DNA from: a virus
Lineage: Duplodnaviria; Caudoviricetes
IMG/VR virus record: IMGVR_UViG_3300024999_000110
Coordinates: 1 to 60,243 of that record
Strand: one strand, 5' to 3'
DNA: 60,243 bases
How positions within the stretch are numbered: the first letter of the stretch is position 1; the number at the start of each line of letters is the position of its first letter. Position numbers and translations under genes: made by a program. Shown here one piece after another: positions 8,648-17,874 of this stretch. The notes under the pieces were generated by a model. The model saw only the letters and a list, made by a program, of their open reading frames with translations, did no database searches and was not told the DNA's origin.

Positions 8648-10858
8648 TTAACTATATTCACGTTCAATCGTACTTTCTTTTAATCCACCAGGTGCTTTGC
8701 CAAGACTTTGCTGAGATCGTCCAAGCTCAAGCTGTCCAGAGATTTGCTTATCTTTAAGAGCTAAATCTATAACCTCATTGTCCATATCTGCAATTGTCTT
8801 CTCTTGCTCGAGTTGCGCTTTTGGAATATTTTCTATAATTTGCTGTGTTTCTGCATTTAATTTAGCGACCTTCGCCTGAAGTTCTGCAAGCTCAGCTTGG
8901 AGTTTCTGCATAGCGAGTTGTTCAGCTGGATCAGGCTGGTCTTCTGCAGGAAAGAATCTCTCAACATCTTCGATATCAAGTGCAAGTAAATACTGTCGCA
9001 AGATTTCCTGGTCATTCAATCCTTGACCCCGCAACTCTAGCATGGCTTTAGCCTTGAGCAACCGCTGCATCATTGTGGTGCTGTTCGGATCACTAACTGG
9101 CACAACATCAAAGTCTGCACTAGAGAAGTCTGCCTGAACAATTGCATTACTATCATCGAGAACAGCCTTATAAGTCATCTGATCTAGATAAAGAGCATTC
9201 AGCCTCCGTAACTTTATGAACTCTTTATACTGGCTACGATAAAGTCTCTTATGGATGGCACTGTAGACTTGTAAGCCTTGTTCAATCAATGCAAGAACAG
9301 ATTCAGCCGGAACATTCGCGCCTGGAGAATTACCAGCAAGAATCTCTGTCATGCCGGCAAGTTCTTTGCCACTCTCGATTAGCAGTCCGAGCAATTGGAA
9401 AAGAACATTACTTGGCTCACGTACTGGCATTGGGAAGATGTTCTTGCGAAGATCGTCGCCCGTTGCATCAACTGGCTTCCACTCTCCGGACTTAACCTGA
9501 ATGGATTTGCCTCTACCCAGTTTAAGGCCTCTTCCCAGAAAACCGCTTTGTCGATTTGATAAAGTACCCGCATCCAGCAACTGATTAATAACTGTGTTTA
9601 TGGCTGAGTTACTGCTCATCAAAAGTGAGCCAAACCCCATGCCATAAAAGCCACCATCAATCGCAGGCATGAAAATAAAGCGAGTAAAATACTGTTCAGG
9701 AATTATTTTAACAATCGGTCCGTCTGGATCAGTTATTCCGCTTTCATCAGACTTGCGAATAATTCCATCCGTGGCAAACCGAGGAGAAATCCTTACTAAC
9801 TTCTGTGATTGTTCATGAACAGTTACTACATAAGGCTCTTGATAACCATCCCCATCCAGGTCATACCACCGATGTTGCTCAAGGAACAAATGTGGAGTAT
9901 CTTCATCTACATCGGCAGTCTTATCGCTAGTTGCTTGACCAAGCTCGGCTACATCAAACTTGATAAAGATTCCAGAATTAATTCGCTCAACAATTTCATT
10001 ATGATACAAATAGATTCTATGTGTAACTCGTGGAGCCCGTTCCAGTGATTCAGCAAAATAATTTACAACCAAATCATCAGCAAAGACTATCTGAGATACG
10101 GACTTCCGCTCAATTGAATCGAAGTAACTCTTTTTGAACACACAACCGATTGCTGGCAACGTAAAAAGTAGCTGATCAACTCCTTCTTCCCAGTCTTCCA
10201 TTAGCGATAGAAGCTGGAAAGACATAAACTGAGAAATGCGGTTGGCTTTGTCGAACTTACGGTTGTCTGGATCAGTCCCTATTACCTTGCCTTTGACAAC
10301 CTCGTTACCTTTGATCAGTTCAGGATATGCTCTAGCAGCAAACTGGATACAAGCATTAATTATTAATGGATACTTAACATTGGCAACAACTTCGCCTGCG
10401 TAGACTTTCTTCTTTACGAGCAACTTAGCAAGATCGATGATCTGCACATTGAGTGCTTCCCATTCAGTGCGGCTAGCTAGATCAAGCTTATATCCCTCAA
10501 GTACTTTGGTTGTAATATCTGCTAAGGTTTCCTTATTTTGTTTGTCTGCCAAGTTTGTGATAAGTACAACTGCTTCAGCTCGGAGAGCTTCTTTTTCAAC
10601 AAGAGCAGTTGTAATAGGATCAACTTGAACGGGAGCAATTATATCTTCAATTGGTTCTTCAGTTGCCCAAAAGGGAACTTGGCCACTTAGGCTGGCTTGT
10701 TCAGTGTCTGGCAAGTTTGTGCCCGTATTCAAGGTTGAGTTGGTTCGTGTAGGCAGCTTCGCTGCTTGGCCAGCTATAATTGCATTAGCCATCGGAGTCG
10801 CTGGATTGCCTGGATCAACAAGTTCCTCTACAGGAAATTCAAAACCATTATTAGCCAT
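8648..10858 (-). CDS. Portal protein (long, P22-like architecture)
   Basis: 736 aa directly after TerL; GC.FKK.YFD, FYGMGFG..L, INQLLDAGTLSN motifs; C-terminal coiled-coil region. Confidence 0.85.
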   Translation of the reverse strand: MANNGFEFPVEELVDPGNPATPMANAIIAGQAAKLPTRTNSTLNTGTNLPDTEQASLSGQVPFWATEEPIEDIIAPVQVDPITTALVEKEALRAEAVVLITNLADKQNKETLADITTKVLEGYKLDLASRTEWEALNVQIIDLAKLLVKKKVYAGEVVANVKYPLIINACIQFAARAYPELIKGNEVVKGKVIGTDPDNRKFDKANRISQFMSFQLLSLMEDWEEGVDQLLFTLPAIGCVFKKSYFDSIERKSVSQIVFADDLVVNYFAESLERAPRVTHRIYLYHNEIVERINSGIFIKFDVAELGQATSDKTADVDEDTPHLFLEQHRWYDLDGDGYQEPYVVTVHEQSQKLVRISPRFATDGIIRKSDESGITDPDGPIVKIIPEQYFTRFIFMPAIDGGFYGMGFGSLLMSSNSAINTVINQLLDAGTLSNRQSGFLGRGLKLGRGKSIQVKSGEWKPVDATGDDLRKNIFPMPVREPSNVLFQLLGLLIESGKELAGMTEILAGNSPGANVPAESVLALIEQGLQVYSAIHKRLYRSQYKEFIKLRRLNALYLDQMTYKAVLDDSNAIVQADFSSADFDVVPVSDPNSTTMMQRLLKAKAMLELRGQGLNDQEILRQYLLALDIEDVERFFPAEDQPDPAEQLAMQKLQAELAELQAKVAKLNAETQQIIENIPKAQLEQEKTIADMDNEVIDLALKDKQISGQLELGRSQQSLGKAPGGLKESTIEREYS

Positions 10859-10985
10859 TAGCTCTTTCCTGAAGATTAAGTTGTATGCTTATTATATAGT
10901 AATAGCAAGTAGCGTGAAGATACAGGTAGAGTGAATATACGTGTAGGCGACTTCGTCGCTTGCAACACTTTACCTACTTAAGTTA

Positions 10986-12455
10986 TTAATAACCTGTAAC
11001 TAGACTTGTATCTTGCTGGTTGTATATTTCTGATGCCTCATAAGCCTGAAACTCCCAATAGGGCTTGGCGATTGCTCGCTTAAGTCCAGACATAATCAAG
11101 TACCTGGTGCAGTCCATAAGATGGTCCTTGTCTTTAACAATCTGACCGTTCTCATCCCGTCGATAAATACGAAACTCACTAAACCAATTAACCAGCGAAC
11201 CAAATACTTTTAGTCTGTTAGTACTCAGCATTTGCCACACAGCATACAGGCCAGCTTCAACAGATTTGTTGGCATTCTCAAGGTCAAGACCTAAACCTAG
11301 GTATTGTTCAAAAAGTTGCTTTCCGTCATCTTGACTGCGGCCATGTGCAGCTGAATCAACCACACCAGGAATCCATGTTCCACGAGCCTTAATGGCATCT
11401 GCATGGATCAGTGGCAACTGTTGTCCCTGGTAATATTCAGAATACAGATAAGTTATGTTACTAGTCGGATCTGTGGCTGCCCAAACAGTGGCAGTCTTCT
11501 TCCAGCCAACATCCAACGCATAACAGCGAAGCCAATGATCGGGAATAGCAAAATCAGCGACAGTGATATTAGATTCGAGGATTGGATAAATTGCACCAGC
11601 CCCAAGTTGTGGAACACCCTTCGACCTAGCGTCTCGTTGGTGAGGTGGAAGGGCTGCCCAGAGTTTATCTTTCTGTTCTTTGGTGAGGTGTGGAGCATCA
11701 TCCCATGTCGCCTGGATTAGGAATTTGCTACCTTCTTGATTATCCTCAATCTTTCCATTCGGCATAAACTGAAGAACAGTGTCAGTTAAGCCTTCAAGAG
11801 GAGTGAATGTAAGCATAATCAAACCATTTGTCGTCATGGTCCGAGTTATACATTCAGTATAGATTGGCAATGGACATTCTTCGTCCAGCCAGATCAGGTC
11901 TTGCTCAGTTCCTTCAAAAGACTTGCGCCCTTCAGCATAAGACTTGATCTTAATACGAGATATGCCACCAGAAATATGCTTGACCAAGATCATGTCGATG
12001 GCATTAGCTACTCCGCCGGCTTTCGGACTAGTTTTGATTATATATTTTTCGGGGATAAGGCCAGTACCGTACTCTTCAGGATTGCCGATCAGCTTATACT
12101 GAACGATATCTCTGGCAGTTGTACTGGTCGTACCACATGCCCAAATAGAAACTGGTTTGGTAAATCTCTTGCCAGCCCACCAAGCAGGATATCTGCCGGT
12201 TGCATGAAGAGTTGTTTCGTATGCACCAATACCTTCGCTTTTGCCTATGCGATTTGCGGCCATGATGCAACGCTCAGAAAAGTCTGCTCCGGCTGCAAAA
12301 AATGCCATGTGCTTAGGATAGTTATTTCGACTCAGCTCGCCGTCATCTGGATAATATTGTGCAATCTTGTTTTGCTTGATCCGGATGTTTTTGGCTTGCA
12401 ATAGTTTGAGGTATTGCTCTTTGCGGTCTCTATCAAGGTGGGAAAGATCCATCAT
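10986..12455 (-). CDS. terL: Terminase large subunit
   Basis: Walker A-like AANRIGKS, Walker B LIWLDEE, coupling motif TFTPLEG, nuclease ALDVGW and DHLMDCTRY. Confidence 0.95.
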   Translation of the reverse strand: MMDLSHLDRDRKEQYLKLLQAKNIRIKQNKIAQYYPDDGELSRNNYPKHMAFFAAGADFSERCIMAANRIGKSEGIGAYETTLHATGRYPAWWAGKRFTKPVSIWACGTTSTTARDIVQYKLIGNPEEYGTGLIPEKYIIKTSPKAGGVANAIDMILVKHISGGISRIKIKSYAEGRKSFEGTEQDLIWLDEECPLPIYTECITRTMTTNGLIMLTFTPLEGLTDTVLQFMPNGKIEDNQEGSKFLIQATWDDAPHLTKEQKDKLWAALPPHQRDARSKGVPQLGAGAIYPILESNITVADFAIPDHWLRCYALDVGWKKTATVWAATDPTSNITYLYSEYYQGQQLPLIHADAIKARGTWIPGVVDSAAHGRSQDDGKQLFEQYLGLGLDLENANKSVEAGLYAVWQMLSTNRLKVFGSLVNWFSEFRIYRRDENGQIVKDKDHLMDCTRYLIMSGLKRAIAKPYWEFQAYEASEIYNQQDTSLVTGY

Positions 12456-13141
12456 TATGACCTTTTAATATTGTGAAAGGGGTCAAATGATAAATCTTCT
12501 AAAATTGAAGTGTCTTCCATCAGAATGGGTTCTTCAAAATCTTCATCAGGAATAAAGAGTCCTTCTTGTTCTTCAGTACAGAATAAATCTTCCAGAGATA
12601 AATCATCCTCGTTAGCAGGCGTCGTGACAACAGCATGATCTGAGGTAAGAGGAATGGTCGTAAAGGATAGGTTTTGTCGTAAGGACTTTTTAATCTCTGG
12701 AAGATTTTTACCCCCTGTGCGATTGATAGCTTCTTCTATGGCTGCTATTTCAGCATCGAGTTCTTCGTCAGTTTTGGTTTGCAGCGTCATGTCAATGTTC
12801 AACCGATCGGGAGCCTTATATCCATTGCGATCGAGAACATCTTTGGCTGCATTAAATTGTACGGAGGCTGGTACAGCTTTGCGTGAACCAGAATTGAGAA
12901 GGTGCTCAAAGGTTGCAAGTGCTTCTTTGTTGAGGCTGACTAGCTTTTTGCGAACGTCCAAAGTTGCTTCGTGAGCCCTGTCTTGAAGGCCATTCAAGTA
13001 GGCTTGCCCTAACGGTGAACGCAGAATTGTCGATACAGAGGATTGTGCCATACCAAGACGCTCAGCGATCTCCTGATTTTTGTACCCGTTAAAGGCCATC
13101 TGGATAATGTTGCGGTGCTGGCTTTTCAGTTCTTTAAGCAT
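12455..13141 (-). CDS. terS: Putative terminase small subunit (N-terminal HTH, acidic tail)
   Basis: HTH GYKNQEIAERLGMAQSSVSTIL; AAKDVLDRNGYK motif; immediately upstream of terL. Confidence 0.7.
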   Translation of the reverse strand: MLKELKSQHRNIIQMAFNGYKNQEIAERLGMAQSSVSTILRSPLGQAYLNGLQDRAHEATLDVRKKLVSLNKEALATFEHLLNSGSRKAVPASVQFNAAKDVLDRNGYKAPDRLNIDMTLQTKTDEELDAEIAAIEEAINRTGGKNLPEIKKSLRQNLSFTTIPLTSDHAVVTTPANEDDLSLEDLFCTEEQEGLFIPDEDFEEPILMEDTSILEDLSFDPFHNIKRS

Positions 13142-13422
13142 GACAAGTGATAAATAGCTCTACTGGATTAATAGGTTAAATGGATGTTGTGAACCTTTTG
13201 GAATTGTCTTATTTTACGTTGACATATTATAGTGAAAAGGTCAATATTAAAATGCATAAGGCCTTAATTTTCCTGCTTTTTCCATAATGACGGCAATCAT
13301 ATTGAGCCTCCTATAATATGTAAGGACTGCCAAGTTAATTCTGGCTACAGTTCGGCTAATTATACTAAGATGACTGGTTGGCTAGTTATGATTGTTCCCG
13401 ATTAGTTGATGGCTGGCCTGGC

Positions 13423-13438
13423 TGTTCATAAGTGAACA
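13423..13438. promoter_or_regulatory. 16-bp palindromic site, copy 2
   Basis: TGTTCATAAGTGAACA in the divergent early/late intergenic region; its core is the reverse complement of copy 1. Confidence 0.6.
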
Positions 13439-13769
13439 CGGTATGTATATGTACCAATTGACGGCAATGAGAAGTTGCTTGTTTCCGCAACTCTATATAG
13501 AAACCCTAATCCACTACAGTAGGATCGAGGCATCCACATACAGGCAGGTTACACACAATAATAATTGTTCCCGCGACATACGTCGCAACCACACAAGAGA
13601 TGCACCAGGCAAGCAGATAAATCCTGGCAAACTGTGGAACATTTCAACAGATAGAATATTTTAATATGATGGGCCTGGCAACCTTGACAGCCTTCAAGCA
13701 AGTTACACTAGGCTATATTGCAAATGACCAGACAAGTTGTACCAAGCAGACTGGGGGGCAAAATAACTC

Positions 13770-13798
13770 TTGACAACCTGGACATGATGGGCTATTGT
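13770..13798 (+). promoter_or_regulatory. Sigma70-type early promoter
   Basis: TTGACA-N17-TATTGT, preceded by AAAATAACTC. Confidence 0.7.
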
Positions 13799-13849
13799 AA
13801 TTGGGAAAGGACAATTAATTAGAAAATGAAACAAGGTGGAAAATAACTC

Positions 13850-13878
13850 TTGACAATCCTTTCCACAGTTGATATACA
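13850..13878 (+). promoter_or_regulatory. Second tandem sigma70-type promoter
   Basis: TTGACA-N17-TATACA; AAAATAACTCTTGACAA repeats exactly 80 bp after the first copy. Confidence 0.6.
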
Positions 13879-13944
13879 GTAATTAACAGGCTGAGAAAAG
13901 GTCTCAGTCATAAGGAGTTAAACCCATCATAAAGGAGTTTTATC

Positions 13945-14358
13945 ATGGCAAAGTCAATATTTGTAACACTGGATACGTTGAAAACAGAGACTTCAGTCCC
14001 GGCAGTTGGTATCATGGTAAGCCATACATTGCCCCGGTCAATCTTTCCGACCTCTGAACAATTCAGCGATGAAGAAAAGTTGGTTGCATGGGCAAAGGAA
14101 AGCGGATGTCTGCATGCATGTTTGCAGAAAGGAGTACAGGCAAAGTTGATTGATGCACGAGCAACCTTCAAAGCCACAAAGAAAGGTGCTGAATGGTCAG
14201 CTGCGCTTGGACAAGAGAACGTGGACAAGATGAAATGGGAAGCTGCTGAACGTCCGGCAAGTGCCAAGAGTGACGAGCAAAAAGCCATTGAAGCTATGGC
14301 CAAACTTAGCCCGGAACAACTTGCGTCAATCATTGCAGGGATGCAAGCAAACAATTAA
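13945..14358 (+). CDS. First early protein, unknown function
   Basis: Strong AAGGAG RBS, directly after the tandem promoters. Confidence 0.85.
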   Translation: MAKSIFVTLDTLKTETSVPAVGIMVSHTLPRSIFPTSEQFSDEEKLVAWAKESGCLHACLQKGVQAKLIDARATFKATKKGAEWSAALGQENVDKMKWEAAERPASAKSDEQKAIEAMAKLSPEQLASIIAGMQANN

Positions 14359-14430
14359 CAACCAAACAATTAACAACCATCTAACTCGGGCATAGTCCAT
14401 AAGATTGTGCCCGAGCCATGAGGTGCAAGC

Positions 14431-14769
14431 ATGAAATATTCAAAACGATTCATAAGTTTCTTTAATCGAAAATCCGCGCCATACTTGCCTGAATGGGTTA
14501 TCGAAGCATGGTATGTGCAATTTAATAATGTTGACTTCCACCTGGGGGAATGTATGAAAATAGATAAACTTGCAAAGGACGTAACCTACGGAATTAGTTT
14601 TGCAAAGGCAATTAAGCTAACTTCAGATCGTGAGGAAATGAAAGTTGTTCGCTGCATATTATGCCAGGACTGTCATAATGTTAGCAGAGTGTTGAAATAC
14701 CTTGGCCTAATGCCTGAACGTTACAACAAGGCTATTCAAACTGGCATCTGCATTGAGCTGTCACGATAA
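14431..14769 (+). CDS. Hypothetical protein
   Basis: GAGGTG RBS; 112 aa. Confidence 0.7.
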   Translation: MKYSKRFISFFNRKSAPYLPEWVIEAWYVQFNNVDFHLGECMKIDKLAKDVTYGISFAKAIKLTSDREEMKVVRCILCQDCHNVSRVLKYLGLMPERYNKAIQTGICIELSR

Positions 14770-14799
14770 TAAAAAAGCCTAACAACCTGTTATCAGTCT

Positions 14800-14838
14800 A
14801 GCCCGATTAGGTTCCTGTAACCTTTTCGGGCTTTTCTT
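14800..14838 (+). terminator. Intrinsic terminator
   Basis: AGCCCGA...TCGGGCT stem followed by TTTCTT. Confidence 0.65.
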
Positions 14839-14950
14839 ATTGCTAATGCCTAACAGACTGTAAAATTGCCTAACAGACTGTATTGAATGACTAGTGATTA
14901 GATGGTGGTTGTATGGTCGTTCGATGGTCGTTCGATGGTGAACAAGAATA

Positions 14951-15130
14951 ACGCGACCACACGTAACCACATGGTGCCACACGTAACCACACGTAACCAC
15001 ATGGACACAGAAAACAGGCACCAAGTGTAACCATATTGGCACCACAAGTAACCAAAAGGCACCGGATGGGCACACATAATTGGCACTACCTGGCACCACA
15101 TTGGCATTGCTTGGCACCATATGGGCACAG
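14951..15130 (+). repeat. Helically phased 10-11-bp repeat array (left), core G(G/T)(C/A)ACC
   Basis: ACGTAACCAC at 14961, 14981, 14991; GGCAC/GTAAC cores (GGCAT at 15103) at 15017, 15027, 15038, 15048, 15058, 15069, 15082, 15092, 15103, 15113, 15124. Confidence 0.85.
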
Positions 15131-15152
15131 AAGCTCTAGAAAAAGGTAATCA

Positions 15153-15165
15153 TTTCAAAGAGTTA
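15153..15165 (+). promoter_or_regulatory. IHF-like site (one mismatch)
   Basis: TTTCAAAGAGTTA versus consensus WATCAANNNNTTR. Confidence 0.35.
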
Positions 15166-15203
15166 CAAACCTGTGTGTCCAAACGTGGTCAATAGTGTCC
15201 AAC

Positions 15204-15303
15204 CGTACACCACCCCCTGTGTCGTGAGTGGGAGAGGGGGTCTGTTTTAGTATTTAATTTTTTTTTTAAATACTTAAATAGAATGGTCGGGGGGAGGTGT
15301 ACG
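15204..15303. other. Nested inverted repeat/cruciform with AT-rich core; candidate replication origin
   Basis: Outer arms CGTACACCACCCCC / GGGGGAGGTGTACG (one mismatch); inner AGTATTTAA-T8-TTAAATACT. Confidence 0.55.
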
Positions 15304-15353
15304 CACGGACTCTTTTGGCACCAACCGTACACAGCCCTAAAATTCCCCAACAA

Positions 15354-15366
15354 TATCAACCACTTA
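15354..15366 (+). promoter_or_regulatory. IHF consensus site
   Basis: TATCAACCACTTA matches WATCAANNNNTTR exactly. Confidence 0.45.
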
Positions 15367-15378
15367 CACAAGCATCCT

Positions 15379-15510
15379 GTCACCAACCGTCACCAAAACA
15401 TTACCACCAATCACCAAAAACGGCACCACCAGGCACCAAACCCTTGACAAATGGCACCAACCCGTGTTAAACCGTCACCAAACCGTCACCAAACCGTACC
15501 AACCGGACAC
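15379..15510 (+). repeat. Helically phased repeat array (right), core G(G/T)CACC
   Basis: Cores at 15379, 15389, 15422, 15432, 15453, 15474, 15485, with degenerate copies between; TTGACA at 15444 is embedded in the array. Confidence 0.8.
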
Positions 15511-15554
15511 AAAACGCCCGGTAACAACAAACCTCAACCAACGGAGCAACCATT

Positions 15555-16130
15555 ATGTCAAGCCCACACATGTCATTTCGCCTAAATCATTACCAACTAG
15601 CCAAAGCATTAAGAATCCTTGTAACCTTAGAACCCAACCAACCAATAGCATCGCTATCCCAGGCAGCAAAATTAATAATCATTGACTGGATATCAAAGCA
15701 CTCCATCCATACATCATTAGAATGCGCTCAAGCAGACATAAACGCAATCAAGTTAATCAATACACTGCAGGTAGACCAAATAGACCCATACACAACCATA
15801 CAAAACATTATGGCACAAGCAAAAGCTCAACAACCATTCCAGGCACAACAATCATTACAGATAAAAGCCCAGGCACAGAAATCAGCCCAACAAATACAAA
15901 GAGATATTGAAGATACCAGACTCTTTGAACAGCTCAGACGTGAACATGCATTAAAAGAAGCACAAGAATTAAAAGATAAAGAGCTTGATACACAAATAGA
16001 GCTATCTTTGCAAACAAGAAAACCACTTCCCAAACCGTCAGAATTCCATGATCCAAACATCACCGAGTCAGAAATATCAACTATAACTGACTTCAGCCCA
16101 CCGAAAGATTGGATTGACAGCGAGGAGTAA
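15555..16130 (+). CDS. Protein with N-terminal ribbon-helix-helix-like domain, Gln-rich coiled coil and acidic tail
   Basis: MSSPHMSFRLNHYQLAKAL...SLSQAAKLIIIDW; clear paralog of 19367..19648. Confidence 0.65.
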   Translation: MSSPHMSFRLNHYQLAKALRILVTLEPNQPIASLSQAAKLIIIDWISKHSIHTSLECAQADINAIKLINTLQVDQIDPYTTIQNIMAQAKAQQPFQAQQSLQIKAQAQKSAQQIQRDIEDTRLFEQLRREHALKEAQELKDKELDTQIELSLQTRKPLPKPSEFHDPNITESEISTITDFSPPKDWIDSEE

Positions 16131-16391
16131 ACACAACAAATGAACGGGCATAACGTGGTGGAATTACACAGTTTTTACGTTATGCCCCCCGCTTAGCCAC
16201 CACAACGGCCGCCACGCCACGTTCCCGACCGTCCATGCCACCATACCCACCGTCCCGTTACGGCCTGTCACGGCCATCCTACGCCCTTCTAGCCCCCTAT
16301 TTCGCCCGGCCACCATACTATATACACGCCACCAACCAACTACCACAACGTAGCACAACGGCTTCGCCGTAAACCACCTACGTGTTTTTTG

Positions 16392-16420
16392 TTGACAAAC
16401 CCACGTGTATACGGTACAAT
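16392..16420 (+). promoter_or_regulatory. Sigma70-type promoter
   Basis: TTGACA-N17-TACAAT. Confidence 0.75.
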
Positions 16421-16613
16421 AACACATACTACAGCCATACTACAGCCATAGAGGAAATCAAAGCAATTGCAAGCGCTCTTCCAACAGACCAAGCGCGCGA
16501 AACAGTAGTACTATTTTTATTTTCAATAGGTTTTACAGCAGAACAGGCTCAACAGATTATCAATAACGATACAGTTTTAAAGAATATCTTTACAAATTAA
16601 TCCGGGAGTTATC

Positions 16614-16901
16614 ATGAAACCTTCCGAAGCAAACTATTATCTTGTAACCTCCAATGCTAGAGCCACAATCAGCAAAGGAACGGTTCTTATTAATTATACA
16701 ACTAAGAAGCCATTTCCATGTAATTTCTGTCACCAACTAACTTTACGAATTTGCCTAGATACCAGAATCAAAGATAACAATCTCAACCTAATTAATTGCT
16801 GCAAAGAATGCCAAAAGATTCAAAATGGTGCTAAAGAAACCATTACTATCAGTACAGTCTGTAAGAAAGATGACGAAGTTGTTAAGGAATCTAAAATATG
16901 A
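16614..16901 (+). CDS. Small zinc-finger-like protein
   Basis: CNFC...CKEC; GGGAG RBS. Confidence 0.6.
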   Translation: MKPSEANYYLVTSNARATISKGTVLINYTTKKPFPCNFCHQLTLRICLDTRIKDNNLNLINCCKECQKIQNGAKETITISTVCKKDDEVVKESKI

Positions 16902-17185
16902 ACACAACATTCTATTATGCCCTTGCCCCAAGTGAGCTGTTCCACCTGCAAGAGCAATGCACAATTTGGATGCCTGAAACCCAGCCGCTTAATCAATCAA
17001 TTTGGGAACCTAGCCAGATCATTGCCACCTGAGACCTTAGTTACTTGTTCCAAATTGCAGAAATGCTCCAGATTGGAGCCATTACACCTAGTGAAGTCAT
17101 TTGGATTGAGATCAAGCACAAAACAGCGACAGGTTACATATTTAGAAACGATGGCAAGATTGCAAACTTCTTTCGCATAATCTAA
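16898..17185 (+). pseudogene. 95-codon gene interrupted by one in-frame TGA (17030-17032)
   Basis: AAGGA RBS and ATGA overlap; MNTTFYYALAP...IIAT*DLSYLFQ...NFFRII; the frame ends 3 nt before the next ORF. Confidence 0.55.
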
Positions 17186-17188
17186 CTT

Positions 17189-17410
17189 ATGGAGATTATT
17201 ATGGAAACTCGATATGACTCTTATTATGAAAAAGAAATTCCTTATAAAATGTCTTTAGAAGAATTATTATCTATTGAGTATAAACGTGAAGAAGATATTT
17301 TAGCTTATTTTAGATATATTGGCATTGATAATGTAAGAGTTATTTTACCAGCAACACCACAAGCCAGTATTCATAAAACCCCTTTTTTTTGGAATTGCTA
17401 TGTGTTCTAG
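17189..17410 (+). CDS. Hypothetical protein
   Basis: AT-rich ORF; GGAG RBS before the second Met. Confidence 0.55.
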   Translation: MEIIMETRYDSYYEKEIPYKMSLEELLSIEYKREEDILAYFRYIGIDNVRVILPATPQASIHKTPFFWNCYVF

Positions 17411-17621
17411 TAATAAAACTGCTACTCTTTGTAGAATGATTAATAATAAAAATGATTTATATAATCCATTAATAGAGAAAGAAAATACTATTCATCCAGG
17501 ACATTGGTATCATGTCTATAAAATTGAATTTACTCCTATAGAGTATGAAGGAGTAATTGAAAGGTTTTATTTTTCTGCTTTCTGTTCATTACTAAAATCA
17601 GATAAGGCTAAAATTGTCTAA
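17400..17621 (+). CDS. Hypothetical protein
   Basis: AT-rich ORF overlapping the previous stop. Confidence 0.5.
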   Translation: MCSSNKTATLCRMINNKNDLYNPLIEKENTIHPGHWYHVYKIEFTPIEYEGVIERFYFSAFCSLLKSDKAKIV

Positions 17622-17680
17622 CCAATCCAAGCAACGGAGTTGCCCGCTTTTAACCACCAGCCAATCAAGGAGAACAAAGC

Positions 17681-17874
17681 ATGAATAAGCAAAGCTACCA
17701 AATTCAGTCTGATTATTTCTGTAAATGTGGAAAACCAATTAAAATGAACCTCTTTAGTAAGAAAATAGCAAAGACCTTCTTTGCTACAGGTGTCACAGAA
17801 TCTCAATCGGAAAGCCAGCCCAACATGTACCACGAAGAAAAAGGCTTGATGCAGGACTGCCAGTGCATAACTAA
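17681..17874 (+). pseudogene. Frameshifted zinc-finger gene
   Basis: Frame 0 gives CKCG; the -1 frame after ~17765 gives DLLCYRCHRISIGKPAQHVPRRKR, completing a four-Cys finger. Confidence 0.55.

Noticed and set aside
9810-9821. Fifth copy of the GTTCA/TGAAC palindrome
   Set aside because: TGTTCATGAACA has no 4-bp spacer and lies inside the portal coding sequence.
14385-14415. Intrinsic terminator after the first early gene
   Set aside because: Strong stem (CTCGGGCA/TGCCCGAG) but no U-tract; more likely a processing or stability hairpin.
14779-15386. Minus-strand ORFs across the repeat region
   Set aside because: The repetitive Cys/Trp/Val translations are by-products of the DNA repeats; they lack an RBS and oppose local transcription.
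14951-15510. CRISPR array or mini-array
   Set aside because: Units are 10-11 bp with no unique 25-45-bp spacers. The only Cas-related gene is a solo Cas4-like nuclease in a recombination module.
17030-17032. Genome-wide stop codon reassignment or selenocysteine
   Set aside because: Only one in-frame TGA was noticed, TGA is a real stop in many ATGA overlaps, and long genes are intact in the standard code.
16917-17180. 87-aa ORF from the ORF track
   Set aside because: No RBS. The overlapping frame from 16898 has an RBS, an ATGA overlap and more typical composition despite one internal TGA.
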